Numbered from the stretch's first letter, positions 1 to 13,285 are shown. The stretch: DNA of 64,000 nt from Takakia lepidozioides (GCA_030704615.1 CM060734.1:51522001-51586000), one strand, 5' to 3'. Translations and numbers: made by a program. Notes: a model not told the origin generated them from the sequence alone.

Positions 1-1580
1 CTTGTCTTCTTTATGAGGTCCACCTCTGACATAAGGTCTCTCATATGTGCCAACAGTTTCGAGGCTGTTCCCAGATCACTGATTTTCTGGCATGATTGCT
101 TGACCCAGGCCTTGCGCACATGCCAAAGGCAGAGGAAAATGCTTATTCATGCGAACAGATCTGCACGGACCACATAGTCAGAATGGCGTTGACCACTGGG
201 CAAAACACCAAGCAGACCATATATCAGAGCATACTGCGGACTATGGAGCAGACCACACATGATACAAGAGAACACAATAAAATCATTGGCATACCGGATT
301 GCATTGATTTCTGCTTCAACGTCGTCCACAATGAAGGCATCCGGGCGCCAGGTGGGGTTTTTTGCTAGGAGGGAATCACGCAATGCTGACATCCACGAGA
401 TGAGGTCCGATGTTCAGTTGCGTGCTGACAATATGTATGCAACCGAAATTCCGTTCAACCATTGGTCGAACACCATTAATGTGTACAAGGGGAACTGCAT
501 GGAACGACAATTCATAATTAGCAGACCATTGAAGGCAGTGGGCCAATGGATCCAAACTTTTACAGTCATTGCCTGGCATAAACACAGTTTTGATCCTACC
601 TATATGGGTCTACTGGAACACATGGTCTACTGCCCGCATATGGTTTACTGGAACAGTTTGGTCTGTCGGGATTGAGGACGAAAATGGTACCCATAACAGC
701 AATGGGAGACTAACAGGCAATGAACTAGGCTATCATGCTCCTAGAACCCCGTGGAGAGGGTCCACGACAGACCTTGTGATGGTTAGTTCCAAATGTCGCG
801 TTGCAAGCTACGATGCGCGCATCGCCCAAGTCCAACATGTTCTGCCCATGCCATAGACCAATGGTGAAGGTCAAATCTCCATCAAAATCTTGAAATGTGG
901 GCGCCAATGATTCCTCCTGGTAGAAGAAGACCGAGTCCGGGTTTTGATCTTTCCACATATGTACGGATTGTCCGCGTGTTTTTTGAAGGTTTGTCATGCT
1001 CGTTTTTTAGCGAGATTCCGGACATCTTGCTCGAGGAGAAAGTCGTCGCGTGTCTATGCTTCTCCCAAGCCAATGTTGTGCATGACGTGCTCCTTGTGTT
1101 CAATCATGACTTGCGTGACACTCAGGCCTCATTCCATGATCCACTTTTTTAGTTCCTCGCTAATATGTGGAGCATAAGCATATCAGCTGAACTGAAACTG
1201 GGCATACCCGCCATGAGAGGGTTTTCCGGACACATCCAGGTGTTGCATGTTGTTATAATATGGGATGACTCCAATGGCGGAGCAAGAAAACATTGCGAGA
1301 CTTTGAAAGAAAAGAGACAACCACGCTTGTACGACTCGCCATATTCGCTTTTCTTTCGTCTTGGACCTTTGTGAGGATTACTGGTTCCAGCCCTGACGTT
1401 CGGACCTCCTCGCTCGGATCCCTCACACTCACATTGTTGGTGCGCTTGTCCTCTGGACCATAGCAACACTGATACTTGGACAAAGGTCGTATTGGAATAT
1501 GTCATCGACACCCATGGAGTTGGAGTTCTACAAGCATGTAAGATAGTATGAACATGAACATGTACATGTGGCGCAAACAC
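1..1580 (-). mobile_element. Degenerate MULE-type (SWIM-family-like) transposase remnant, running off the window edge
   Basis: Pieces in several minus frames join into a MULE-like sequence: KRGCLFSFKVSQ..., SVHMWKDQNPDSVFFYQE, FTIGLW...IVACNATFGTNHHK, probable intron, FPLYTLMVFDQWLNGISVAYILS, WRPDAFIVDDVEAEINAIR. Multiple stops and frameshifts. Confidence 0.65.
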
Positions 1581-2059
1581 AGGAAAAAACTGGAGGTGCG
1601 GGAATATGGTACAGGCATGACAGATGTTAGATATGTGTTAGCTCTTGGAGTTGTTCTCATTCTAGGCTTCGCGTGAACGTGCACATTTATGTCCGGGTTT
1701 GACCATTTCCCCTGCTCTGAGATCTAACCCAATTCCCCTTATCTATAGCTTGTTGGAAAGCCTGTCTTGTAAGGATGAAACACGTAAAACCTCAGGCCGA
1801 ATGGACGTCATCCCGATATTGAAAAAACAAAAAAACTTCCCTGGAATTGGAAAATAGCAAAAATAAAATATCAATTTGCCCAAATTCGCAATGGTGGCAT
1901 TTCGCCATATCAACGTTGATTGGCCTGAAATTTGGCCAGTAACCTTGTCAGGTAAGTAACCACAACATGTCGAATCAGAATTGCAGATTTACTTTTTTCC
2001 ATCAAGTTACGGCTGGATTTCCGCGAAGGGGTCTCTTTTTAAGGGCATTTAAGGGTTAG

Positions 2060-2641
2060 CTGATGGAGGCCTGAGGGTGTGCCCAGCTGGAACAACTACA
2101 CAGAGGACTATTGGAAAGCTGGATTTGAGCTTGTGAGGATGCGCTGGGTGTATGGTGGTCCTTGCCACAAGAGGGAAGAGTACAAAGACGGCTCTGGCAA
2201 GGTGGACACTGAAGAGTGCAACCCCGGTCCTCCTCAAAAAATGGTTCTACATCAATACGGAGGGGTTGCGAACAGAGGGCAAAAGTATTAAGTGTTTAAT
2301 CTATTGCCTCAACTTCATATTGTGGTGTATCTCAACTTTAGCTTGGAATTGATCCCTCCTTCTCTTTGATATTGTGCAGTATTTGGTGTTTGATGCATAT
2401 TGTTTTGTGAAGAGTGGCTCCACATTCAAAATTTGCTCAGACGGTCGTCTTGTTAATGCTGCTATGGACCCTCTTACCTACGATGTCCTCTACAACCATG
2501 TGCCCAAGGACAGTACACTGAAGGACACTACCGATAGACCTTGGCGGTACAGCCGGACCCGGAGCCCTACTTTCATCCAAACGCTCATAGAGACGTGCTC
2601 CGATGTCCAAGGCAGAATTCTTGACCTCACATGTGGCACAG
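2060..2641 (+). pseudogene. Two-exon fragment of an N6/N4-type DNA methyltransferase-like protein (SAM-binding portion)
   Basis: The exon ending at 2201 (AAG|GT) splices in frame to 2380-2641 (gtgcag| ... G|GTAAG). It gives ...PWRYSRTRSPTFIQTLIETCSDVQGRILDLTCGTG, which resembles the beta-class MTase segment KP..L...I...S..GD.VLDPF.GSG. No catalytic DPPY/SPPY motif and no downstream exon found. Confidence 0.5.
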
Positions 2642-3429
2642 GTAAGCCTTCATGTCCACATTATGTCCCTTGGTCCAATTACATTCGCCTTTGAGGCAGA
2701 TACTACCACATTCCGCCTTGCATCACATCAAAGATTGGGTACATGTAGGACATGCATCATTTTCTTAAAATAAAGATTGGTCAGCTTCTATTGTTCCATC
2801 AACTCTTTGTTCTTCCCATCTGAACTATGCACCATCTTCATTGTTTCCCCAAACTGTCTTTGATGTGCTTCCCATTGCCCTTCAAATTGTTCCAATCTTA
2901 TTTCCAACGGATACACTATTACGTTACTACATCACCAACAAGTGCTATCATTGAGATTGCCAGAAATGCTTGTGAGTCAAGCAGCAAAATCACTGATCAT
3001 CCTCCCCTCCCTCTCCCTCCAGAACTTCCCCCTATTTTTCACATTTTTGAGGCTGAAAATGCAGGTGACATTTGTGTGAAACATATGTATACAGAGGTGT
3101 GGCAATATGGACATGCTTCAAAATATGAGTCAGCCTTTTCACTTATAAAAAGCAAGATTATGGCACTTCCATGCTGCAACCTGCAGGTTTACAATCCCAG
3201 TGTAATACAGAATACCAAGACAATGCTCTTGGGGCTACATTCCAAAGAACAGTTAATTGTTACGTTCTTCCTTTCAAGGAAGAATGTGCTTGAAGACTTG
3301 ACACAACCGGAGCCCAGAGTTAAGGTCCAAAACAGTAACGTATGGCTGTTGGCAAGTTAATAGAATAGTGGACTCTCTCAACCCTGGTGGGTGTAAACCC
3401 CCCAAAAGGGTCTGGGAGGGTTAGTTTCC

Positions 3430-3951
3430 TTCGGGTTCAAGACCATTAGGCCATGCCAACCTTCACCGGGAATGGCATCAGTACATTCTCTCCCTCTCTC
3501 TCTCTCTCTGTTCCGCTCAAACTGGGCGTGAGGTCAATGGCCACAAGGCTATGGCAAACAACGTCTTATGAGTACATTCTCTCTCTCTCTCTCTCTCTCA
3601 TATGGGTAAGTTTCAAGAATTTCCTGGTCCCTCTGGCTCTCTTTATCCTGGAAAATGGATAACTCCACTCTCAGATTACTTAACTCTGTCGTGTGGAGAA
3701 AAATTGCTTGCTGAGCTACTTGTATGTCTCTGTTGACAAGGCAAGGAGAATGACATGTCCATGAAGGTTCCTTGTGAAAGAGCAGGACATTTGACGGCGA
3801 ACTACTCCGTGATATCTTGCACTGTAGCAGTAGCATACTGGGGTATATGTAAACACCTCTACATTCTCCGGTCAATGTATATTGCTCTTTTGGCTGGCCT
3901 GCCAATGCCTTCTATCAGAATTAGGAAACCTGAAAATGAGAGAATTAGGAT

Positions 3952-3988
<37 letters not shown>

Positions 3989-4490
3989 GTGTCAGAAGAC
4001 AGTATTCATTTCTGATACACTGTCCGGGGTTCTCTCACCAAAGAGACGCTCTCTTCAAATCTATTAAGGGAATTGTGCCTGTACCCCTGTTTACCAACTT
4101 TGAAAGTCTCGAGGCTGAGCCAAAAGCCCAGGCCCTCCTGAGGCCTAGTTTTTGGGCAAATCACACACAGCAGATTGATGCTTGTGTGAAGGGATTTCTA
4201 GAGGATATCTGGAAAACCCGGATTAATTCTTTATATGGAGGTAAGTCTTACTACCAACGTCAGCCCCTGACAGAGGTAGGTTCTGTCCCTTTTGTTCCCG
4301 CTCAAACTGGGCGCGGGGTCAATGGCCACAAGGCTACGGCAAACAACGTCTTATGAGTACAATCTCTTGAATGTGTCAGCCCCTGATAGAGGTAGGTTCT
4401 GTCCCTTTGTGTTCCGCTCAAACTGGGCGCGGTCAATGGCCACAAGGCTACGGCAAACAACGTCTTATGAGTACATTCTCTCCTTGAATG
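3430..4490 (+). mobile_element. Stacked 3' ends of a (CT)n-tailed non-LTR retroelement family
   Basis: The unit TGTTCCGCTCAAACTGGGCG...CAAACAACGTCTTATGAGTACATTCTCT occurs at ~3509, ~4293 and ~4410, the last two as a ~115-bp tandem. The preceding ORF end (CVKGFLEDIWKTR, 4075-4260) is homologous to the minus-strand remnant at 56990-57110 (CVKGFLEEIWTN). Confidence 0.6.
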
Positions 4491-6579
4491 TGGCTGAGTC
4501 CTTTGTTCAACATTCAAGGATTGGAGCCTGATCCTGTTATTCTGTTCGGAATTTTTTTGCCTAGAACGTAACGGGAAAATGAAGAACGGGATGACTCATT
4601 AGGGTTTGACCTAGGTCTTACCTTAACCTAAAGCAGCTGCCCTATAAGGTTAGAAAGCCTGGCCACTCTTCTCATTTGGAAGAGGAGCCGGCAAGAGCTG
4701 AAAGAGCTGACTACCTTACTGCTGATCACTATGGCTTCTAGCAAGGTATCACATTCTGACTCCTTACACATCTTGAAGGGCTGCTTTATATGGCGACACA
4801 AAGAGTTGCCACTACGAGGAGCTCACATGGACTTGACTAAGCTCTACTCTGAATCTAGGAATACTTGTGCAAACAAAGGGCTTCTAGGTATGCCCTTGCT
4901 TGAGTACTTGGTCTAGTAATACTTGCCTTTTGGGAATGAGTGCTTACTGTCATGACTCTACCACCCCTCCCTTTGGAGCATGGGTTGCAATAGGTACGAC
5001 TGTGTTGTGTGCCTACCGCTCCTCTCTTTGCTAATATGACCTCCTGCAGGAATGACATTGATAACAAATGTGAAGGGGTTTAAGCCTGGGTTTCCACAAG
5101 GATCACTAACCTGTTGGTTTGTTGGTTGGCTGTCATGGATCCAGGTGAGCCCACTTTGCCTTCTTTTGTTGCAGGAAATGCTACTAAGGGCAAGATGGTA
5201 AGGAATTAAGGCTTTGGGGTTTCTCAAATCTCAAATCTGTTTGTATGTGTTGATTTTGTACACGTACTTCTGCTGTTTTGCTCTGAGGTTGAACAATCTA
5301 TGAACACAGAAGGATGTATCTTAATATATCTAATATACACCAGAAGACCTCAGCTGCTAAACTACATAAGGTACAACATAGCTGTCATACACATTCATCA
5401 AGTAATGGGTAGGGCTGATCCTTACCAGAGATGCTGACTGCAGTTTTTTGCCTGAATCTGTAGGCCACTCACTCCACTCCTATGAAGGAGTTTGTGGTGA
5501 CAAGAATAGCATGTGGTGGGCGCAACCGAATCTTTCCTGGCACCACTTCAGTACCTGTGTACTTGCAGGGCCTCTCCCTCTTTCTCTTTGGAGGCTACGC
5601 CCACCCTCTGGACCCTATACCCATACCCATGCTAGGGTGGCAAGGTCATTATGGCCGTTAAGGCACCATTGGTTGGAGAACTCAAGCTCCCAGAAGGCAT
5701 TCCTGCTGATGAGGGTGGTGGAGGCCGTATGGCTGTTGGGGCATTCAGGCCTTGCAGCCTGAGCCCCTCCTAAGTCTGCACCTCTCTGCAGAGTAATGCA
5801 AAGGAACCTGTATAAACCAAGTAGTCAAGATCAGTGACAAGCGCATTCTACAGAGTACACAGGCTATTCAACAACAGCCCTTCAGCCCAAAATTTGATAT
5901 TGTTGCTGTGTTATGCAAACACACAGCACCTAAATTTTTTGTAACAAATCAAACTCATGCAAGGAGCGTGGACTGCCAATTGCTTGGGGCATTGCAAGGA
6001 TGGTGCCAATGTGAAGCTCTCCTATGCATGTATCTCTTGATGCAACTAGCATAATATCCAGGTCTGCTCAATGTGATTTGATGAGAGTCAATTTACGGAC
6101 TTCACTTCCATCATGGAGGTGTTTACAGAAGGAAACAGTCTAGGGAGGGCTGTTTGATCTGTGTAAGGTCGGTAGCTAAAGTTGGTCCAGGGTTGACAAG
6201 TCTTAGAAAAAACTCGATTGTAAGAAAATTCGGCCAGTCCAGTAGCAGTGCCCTGATTAGTGAGATCAGATATATTTCTGTCTAACCACACTGTACCAGG
6301 ATAGCGGTCCCACTCCATCCCTGCCTTCCATGCCTGGACTTGACTGCTGGTCTGTTCTCAGTATTATCATCTCACTTTCCCCAAAAATTCCATGGCCACA
6401 ACATCTTGTGGAGGATGGCACAATGCAGAGCTTTGTTGGCTTACCTCACGATCCATGGCTGCCTATGAGGGATGCCCATCACATCACAAACACAGATTAG
6501 AGTCAAGGACACTTCTCATAATTGATAGGAGACCCCAACAATTGGAAGGAGAATAAATTAGTACCTTCGACACTTATCA

Positions 6580-9500
6580 TCACCAATAATCTCCACAAGA
6601 ACAGACCCCATTCTTGAAGTGATGGAAGCGGTTGGCATCCCTTGCAACAATCTCTCGCTCAACAATCTTGGAGATGAATTTTGTGGCCATGTGGCAATCA
6701 CCACACACTCTAAGGTTCTTGATTATGCGAATAGGTGTGCCGGGGGGTGTGCTGATAAGCCCAAAACTAATGGCCAGCTTTTCACTGTGGTGGCAGAGAG
6801 CCTCTTCCTGCATCTGCTGACCCACATTATGCATGGCATAGCGAGTGTCAGCAACATATCCACGCTCCTTGATTTGCCTGGTCAACCTCTCTAACTCAGC
6901 ATAGATATCCTCTGATTGTGGGTGTGATCTATCTTCTGCAACGAAAGAATGTACCCTGTTCTTGATCTTGATCCAGCTACGCCCTGGCTCCTTTTTCAAA
7001 CTTTTCTCCTCCATCACCTTCCTCACCTTAGCTACCTCTTCCCACCTGCCAGCCACCGAATAGATGTTTGAAAGCAGTACATACACCGAAGCATCTTGTG
7101 GTTCCAACTTGAGAACATATTGTGCCACACGTTCTGCTAGCTCCACATTGCCATGGATGCTGCATGCACCAAGTAACGCCCCCCAGACAGGAGCACCAGG
7201 TTGACATGGCATTTGGTTGACGAAGTGCTCAGCCTCCTCCAAGAGTCCTGCACGGCCCAGAAGGTCCACCATGCAGCCGTAGTGCTTTCCACTTGGTGTG
7301 ATGCCATAATCTCGACTCATTGAGAGAAAGTAATGATGGCCTTCATCCACTAGGCCCATATGGCTGCATGCAGAGAGAACACCGATGAATGTAACCTCGT
7401 TTGGCTTCACCCCTTCTCTTTGCATCTGTTGAAAAAGACGCAGACCTTCCTTGCCATGCCCATGCTGAGCATATCCAGTGATCATTGTAGTCCATGAGAT
7501 GACATCTCGTTCACGAATTCTGGCAAATACGTGCAATGCATCCTCCACACTCCCACACTTGAAATACATGTCAACAAGGGCATTCCCCACACAAACATCT
7601 GACTCCAATCCGCACTTGATGATGTGGGTATGTATCCACTTGCCCTCTTCAAGGGCTGCTAGGTCAGCACACACATTTAGGATGCTAGTGAAAGTGACCG
7701 TGTCAGGCTTCACACTTTCTTCTTGCATTTCCCGGTAGAGTTCAAATGCCTCTTCACCATGTCTTTGCTGAGCAGATCCAGCAATCATTGCTGTCCATGA
7801 TACCACATCTCGTTGAAGCAATTTATCGAATACTTGGCGTGCATTCGCCACACTCCCACACTTGCAGTACATGCTGATAAGGGTATTCCCCACACGCACA
7901 TCTGACTCGAATCCCATTTTAACAATATCAGCATGGAGCTGCCTGCCCTCTTCCAGAGCTCCTAGACTGATACATGCCTTGAGGATGCTAATGAAAGTGA
8001 CTTTGTCAGGCTTTATGCTTTCTCTTTGCATTTGCTGAAACAGAATGAAAACCTCCTCACCCGGACCGTGCTGAGCAGATCCTGCAATTATTGCATTCCA
8101 TGAGCTTAGGTCTCTCTTAGGCATTTTGTCAAACACTTTGCGTGCATCCACCAAACTCTCACACCTGCAGTACATCCTGGCAAGGGCACACTCCACTTCA
8201 CCATCGGAATCGAAACCAGACTTGATGACACTTTCATGGAGCTGCTTCCCGCGTTCTAGATCTGCTGGGTTCATACAAGCATTGAGGACACTGATAAAAG
8301 TGATCTTGTCTCCCGTCATGCCTTCTCTTTGCATTTCCTGAAAGAGTTCCAAAGCCTCGGCACTTTGACCATGTTGAGCAGATCCAGCAATCATTGCAGT
8401 CCACGACACCACATCTCGTCTAGTCATACTATTGAACACTTGGCGTGCATTCACCACACTTCCACACTTGCAATACATACTGACAAGGGCATTCCCCACT
8501 CGACAATCTGGTTCATATTCAGCTTTGATAATGCCGGCATGTAGCCTCTTTCCATGTTCCAATGCGGCTGGGCTGGCACAAGCGTTGAGGATGCTAATGA
8601 AGGTGATCTTGTTTGGCTGCACACCTTCTCGTTGCATTTCCTCAAAGAGTTCAAAAGCCTCGTCGACATGCCCTTGCTGAGCTATTCCTGCAATCATCGC
8701 AGTCCATGAAACCACATCTCGGTTCCGCAGTTTTTGGAATACTTGCCGCGCATCCACCAGCCTCCCGTACTTGCAATACATGCTGACAAGGGCAGTCCCC
8801 ACACGGACATCTGACTCCAACCCAGCATTGATGATACTACTATGCAAACGTTTACTTTGTTCTAGGGTAACTGGGCTGCCACATGCGTTGAGGACGCTCA
8901 TGAAGGTAATCTGGTTTGGCTTCACGCCCTCACTTTGCATTTGCTGAAAGAGTTTAAATGCCTCCTCGCCATGCCCTTCCTGAGCAAGCCCGGTAATCAT
9001 TGCAGTCCACGAGATTACATTCCGTCTAGGCATTTTGTCAAACACTTGCCGTGCATCCACAACACTCCCGCACTTCACATACATGCTGACAAGGGTGTTT
9101 CCTAGGAAGATGTCCAGCTTCAATCCACTTTTGACAATGTGGGCATGGACCCCCTTGCCATCTGCCAGGGCTTTCATAGCAGCACAATCTTGCAAGAGAC
9201 TAGCACAGTAATCAGAGTACACGCGAACACCTCGTTTCTCCATCAAATTCAAAACGGGCAGGGCTTCCGACAATAGTCCCTCGTTTCGAAGTGTGCCCTC
9301 ACCCCCAGTAGTTCCCCTCCTGTCTTCGTTGTTAACCTTCCCCTTTGGTCTTTGTCTTCGCCCTCTATCGGAAGCGGTGGTGACGGTGCACGCGCCAAGA
9401 CTCACACTCTGTCCCCGATTTTGATGGCCAGCAAACAACTGGCCCTGCTTGCAGACTAGAAAGCCCGCTGCCCTGCGTATCGAATCAACTCAATTACATC

Positions 9501-9618
9501 TCTTCCCAGCAGCGTGTTTACCACTTCTTATCACCTTAATCCTTCTAATTCACACTACATACGTGAGGGATGGCAGTGGAGCGTACCTTAAACCCCAAAA
9601 TTTTCTTCGGAACAACAT
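6580..9618 (-). CDS. PLS-class pentatricopeptide repeat protein with E1-E2-DYW deaminase domain (organellar C-to-U RNA editing factor)
   Basis: Regular P-L-S triplets, PG box (KKEPGRSWI), HSEKLA and CGDCH zinc motifs, terminal CSCGDYW. Proposed exon 1 9618-9587 (MLFRRKFWGL), GT-AG intron 9586-9473, exon 2 9472-6580, giving 974 aa in frame. Confidence 0.95.
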
Positions 9619-10047
9619 TCCAACGAGTACCCAACTGCTACATGGTAATCACTGCCTCGGGACCGTCTGTGCAGACAAGCGTAGTCCTCGTACAAGTGTG
9701 ATGTATGCAGGGATTGTCATTGCGCACTGTCTCCACTTTGCAGCCTAGTGGAAGGTATTGAAATTTAACAAACACCTTTCGTACAAGGACAGTAGGATCC
9801 GCCACAGCGAGAACCTGGCCATCGGGTTTGAGCTCAGCAGCACAGCCCCTCGGACGCCTCTCACCAAGAACCTCCACCAACTTCATCTCAAACCCTAATA
9901 ATGTTTTCGACGTGAAAGGCTGCATCTAATTCATGCCGCGTCACTAACTAACAGAATATCCAAATACCATTACCAGAATGATGCTAAAAATCCAAATTTT
10001 TGAGATATTAGGTAAATTGCACGAATTGATGCCTGGCCGCTGGCAGT

Positions 10048-11720
10048 GTTTTTGTTTTGTTTTTTTTGTTTTTTTGTTTTTTCTTAGAGAAGAGGGACGG
10101 AGGCCTCGAAACTTTATAGTATATATTAAGGACAAGAGTCCAGGAATTACAATAACCTCTAATTACCTAAGTGCCATGGAGGCTGACATACTTAGGAAGG
10201 CAACGCTTCGTGACTAAAAGAGAAAAAGCAGGCTGGAGCTCGAGAAGTTAGTAAGCTGCCAGGAAAGCGAATCTATAGATCTAAAAAGCCCGAGAGCAGG
10301 AAAATAGCAAGCAAAGCAAAGCAACCAGCAGCTCAGGAGCTGAGTCCAACATAGAGCAGTGGTCGGAAAGAGGGATAATGAAACCAACCAGAGCCAACAT
10401 GGAGGCTTAGCAGCCAACAATACTGTGGAACTGCTCAAGAAAGAACTACAAAAGCAAGAGCTGCAAAAAGATAAGGCCTTGGCCTTCCCTTTTCTAAAGG
10501 ACTTGAGGTGTCTCCAATTGAGCTGAGAGCTAACAGAGCTGCCAGTCAGCCGAGATGTTGTCTGTTTTGTTTTTTGAAAGGGACAGAAGCCCTGTTGATC
10601 GAATTAAATAAGAAGGAGTTACAATAACCAACCGGGGGGGGGGGGGGGGGGGGCGGGAGACATGTGGTAGGGATGGGGGGGAGATTAGAGGCAAGGATCC
10701 ACAGTAGGGAAGTAGACAATGTCGGGAAAAAGCAATGAGGTAAGTCTTGAAAAAGACTTGAAACCAGCAAGGGATGCTAGGGGATGGTGGTAGTAGATTT
10801 TGAGGGTGATGCAACTCGGAACCGTCACAGAGGCGAATGCAGATGCCAGACTTCTAGAACTTCAGCTGCGCGGGGAATTTGGGGGCTCTAGCACGTTTAT
10901 GGCGCCAGTTACAATCTCCCTCATCACCTTCACCAGGGGACCTCCCATTGAGAGGGGATGAAATGTTGCCAAGTGAATTTTGAGTTGGAAAAACTGGCGC
11001 CGAGCATGCTGCTTTTGCCCCAGGTGTCATGGAAGTCTTGAAGCAATTTCCTCCCTCGCTGCTCCGAAGTTCTGGAAACAGTTGCACAGACAATTAACCA
11101 AGCCTTCCGCCCCTAAGTCAACAGATCTTGGTAAGTATTGAATAATACCGATCTGCCCCTGGGGGGTTTTCCCTCATAATCCCAAGCACATCTTGTTTTC
11201 CATAAGTTCCACAAGGTAAGCGCTCTAAGAGCAGCCCAAACCGGGCAGATAGTCTGTACTTGACCCACGGTGAAATTCAGAAGCAACAGAGAAGGTGGGG
11301 AGGGATAGGGGAAGCTATTCCAGCGGGAGTAGAAAGCAAGAACCAAGTGCCAGACTCTAACATGTAGATTGCAGAACAACAGGCAGTGTTCAATGGTCTC
11401 GAGAGAAGAACCACACAGAGAGCAGTTAGGGTTGTCATCATGGGTGCGTTCCCTGACTGGTAGAATTCTATGCGCGATTTTCCATAGAAAACCGGATAGC
11501 CTGGTTGGTCTGTCTTTTCTCCAGATGTCTCTCCAGATTTTGTCCCATCCATGGTGGTCTAGCAGCGGGATGTTCCATTTTGCTTTCCACTTGAATTCAA
11601 ACAATTGGGGGGGGGGGCTTTAGGAGAGAGTATCCCTTTTTCACAGAGTACGCGAAGAAATGGGTCTTTTTCTTATCCATCCATCTCCACTCCCCGGGAT
11701 CGAATTGCAAGTCAACCAGT
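10048..11720 (-). mobile_element. 5'-truncated L1-like LINE remnant (zf-RVT region, 3' UTR, A-rich tail)
   Basis: ORF 11113-11604 reads WRDIWRKDRPTRLSGFLWKIAHRILPV...CSLCGSSLETIEHCLLFC, the CxxC...ExxxH...C zf-RVT pattern. A-rich tail on the minus strand at ~10050-10082. Boundaries approximate. Confidence 0.75.
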
Positions 11721-13285
11721 GGGCAGCTCAAAAACCAGGTGAGGTTTTGTTGTCTTGCCCATTGTTGCCTTGTGGGGGTAGCAAGTTTGGGTTGCCCAGA
11801 TTATCCAGAACTCTGATGTGAAAGAGGTCAGCCTTATCTGCTTCCATTCTTCCTTGATACTGAAGACGTTTTTCATTTTTCCAAAAATCGCCATAGGCCG
11901 GGCCATATGTGAATTTTACTCTATTAAGAAAAAATAAATTTACCCATGCCCATGTGGCACAAGTGGCTATATCACAGGTGCCACGTTTTGGCGGGCTACT
12001 ATGGGAAAATCATATTGGCGATTTTTTAATTCGAATTTTACCCCCGTAATTCCTTTGTACAAGTAGCTGACCATTTTCCAGGTCGAAATCTGGCGATCCT
12101 ATGCATTGGCCCGTGGGTCTGGGGTTCAAATCCGTGTGAGCTATCTCTCTCTGCCTTCGAGCTGGGGCTCTGCCCCTGTTGGCCTTCCTTGGAAAAAAAG
12201 AAAAAAAAAGAAAAACTTAGAGTCAAACGGAACATCTAAAATAACAAAAACAAAAAAAAACAGCTAGCCTAAAATGAGAAAATTAAAAACAAAATAGTCA
12301 AATCCTGAAACCGTATAGTACAGGCTCTGTAGACAGTTCAACCAGAATAAAAGAGAAAAAGAAAAAAGAGAAAAAAAGAACAGATATGTTTTTTTACGTT
12401 TTGGCAAGTGCGCATTCAAACGTGAGCCAACCCAGAGTGGACACTTGTACAGGTGGGGGTCCACATCGTGCTTGGCTGTGTGTGCAAACAATCCGCACGA
12501 GCTCCCGGAAAAGTTTGAGGAAGATGGCGGCACACTGATGCTGCTGCTCCTCACGTGTGCTCTCAAGCTGCACACCAGAAACTCTGAGCTGATCATTGCT
12601 TTTGATGAGCCGCTCAGAGGCAGTGGAGAAGTTCTTAATGTGAGACGAGTCCTGTATCAGTTTTGGAATTCCAGTGATGGCATTACTGAAGGCCGATCAG
12701 ATCGGATGGGCCTTCCCTGGAATCTCACTAACTTTGTGTGTAGTTGCTCAGCCAAACTGACGCTCTGGTCAAGTACGGGAGATTTTATTCCGATGGCTTG
12801 AAGGATAATGGTTGTTTTGCTACTCCGTGGTAGTGAGTATGAACATTGGTTCTGTCCTCTCATGAGGAGGGCGTTTTCAGAGAAGATGGCAGTATCACAT
12901 TTGGTTGGCCTGCAAGCCTAAAGGATTGAAGTAACGACTCTGTCTCGTTGTGGCTTCTCAATTGGCGGCAGCTATTGGTCAGGGGCTTGAGGAGATAACG
13001 TCTCATTTCTGGAACTTCGAATGTTGGTGCTTCAATTTTAGCACTGCGTTGCTCCTTGAACATCTTGCACGTATGAATTCACCTCTATCCTGTATGTGGT
13101 GGATGTGTGTCTCAACAGTCCCATCTAGATGTTGCAGGTCTTTTTAGGTCGGACTAAAATTCATTAAGTCTGTTGAAAGCGTGGTAGTTGTCCTCTACAA
13201 CACATTGTTGACTATGCCGTGGCACATGAAATCAGCGGGTGTATTATTCAGATACCACTTCACGCTATCTTAATATCATGTCTAT

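Noticed and set aside
2827-3360. 177-aa ORF as the continuation of the methyltransferase fragment
   Set aside because: No convincing acceptor in the right phase and no recognisable post-motif-I sequence.
4261-4490. Repeated ~75-115 bp units as a possible CRISPR-like array
   Set aside because: The context is eukaryotic, the units are too long, there are no unique spacers or cas genes, and they are explained as retroelement 3' ends.
6580-6990. DYW domain as a U-to-C (KP-type) editor
   Set aside because: It has the canonical PG box, HSEKLA and a DYW terminus typical of C-to-U enzymes.
10634-10652. Poly-G runs (also 19599-19614) as regulatory G-quadruplexes
   Set aside because: They are simple homopolymers within repeat or duplicated DNA, and the second is absent from its paralogue.
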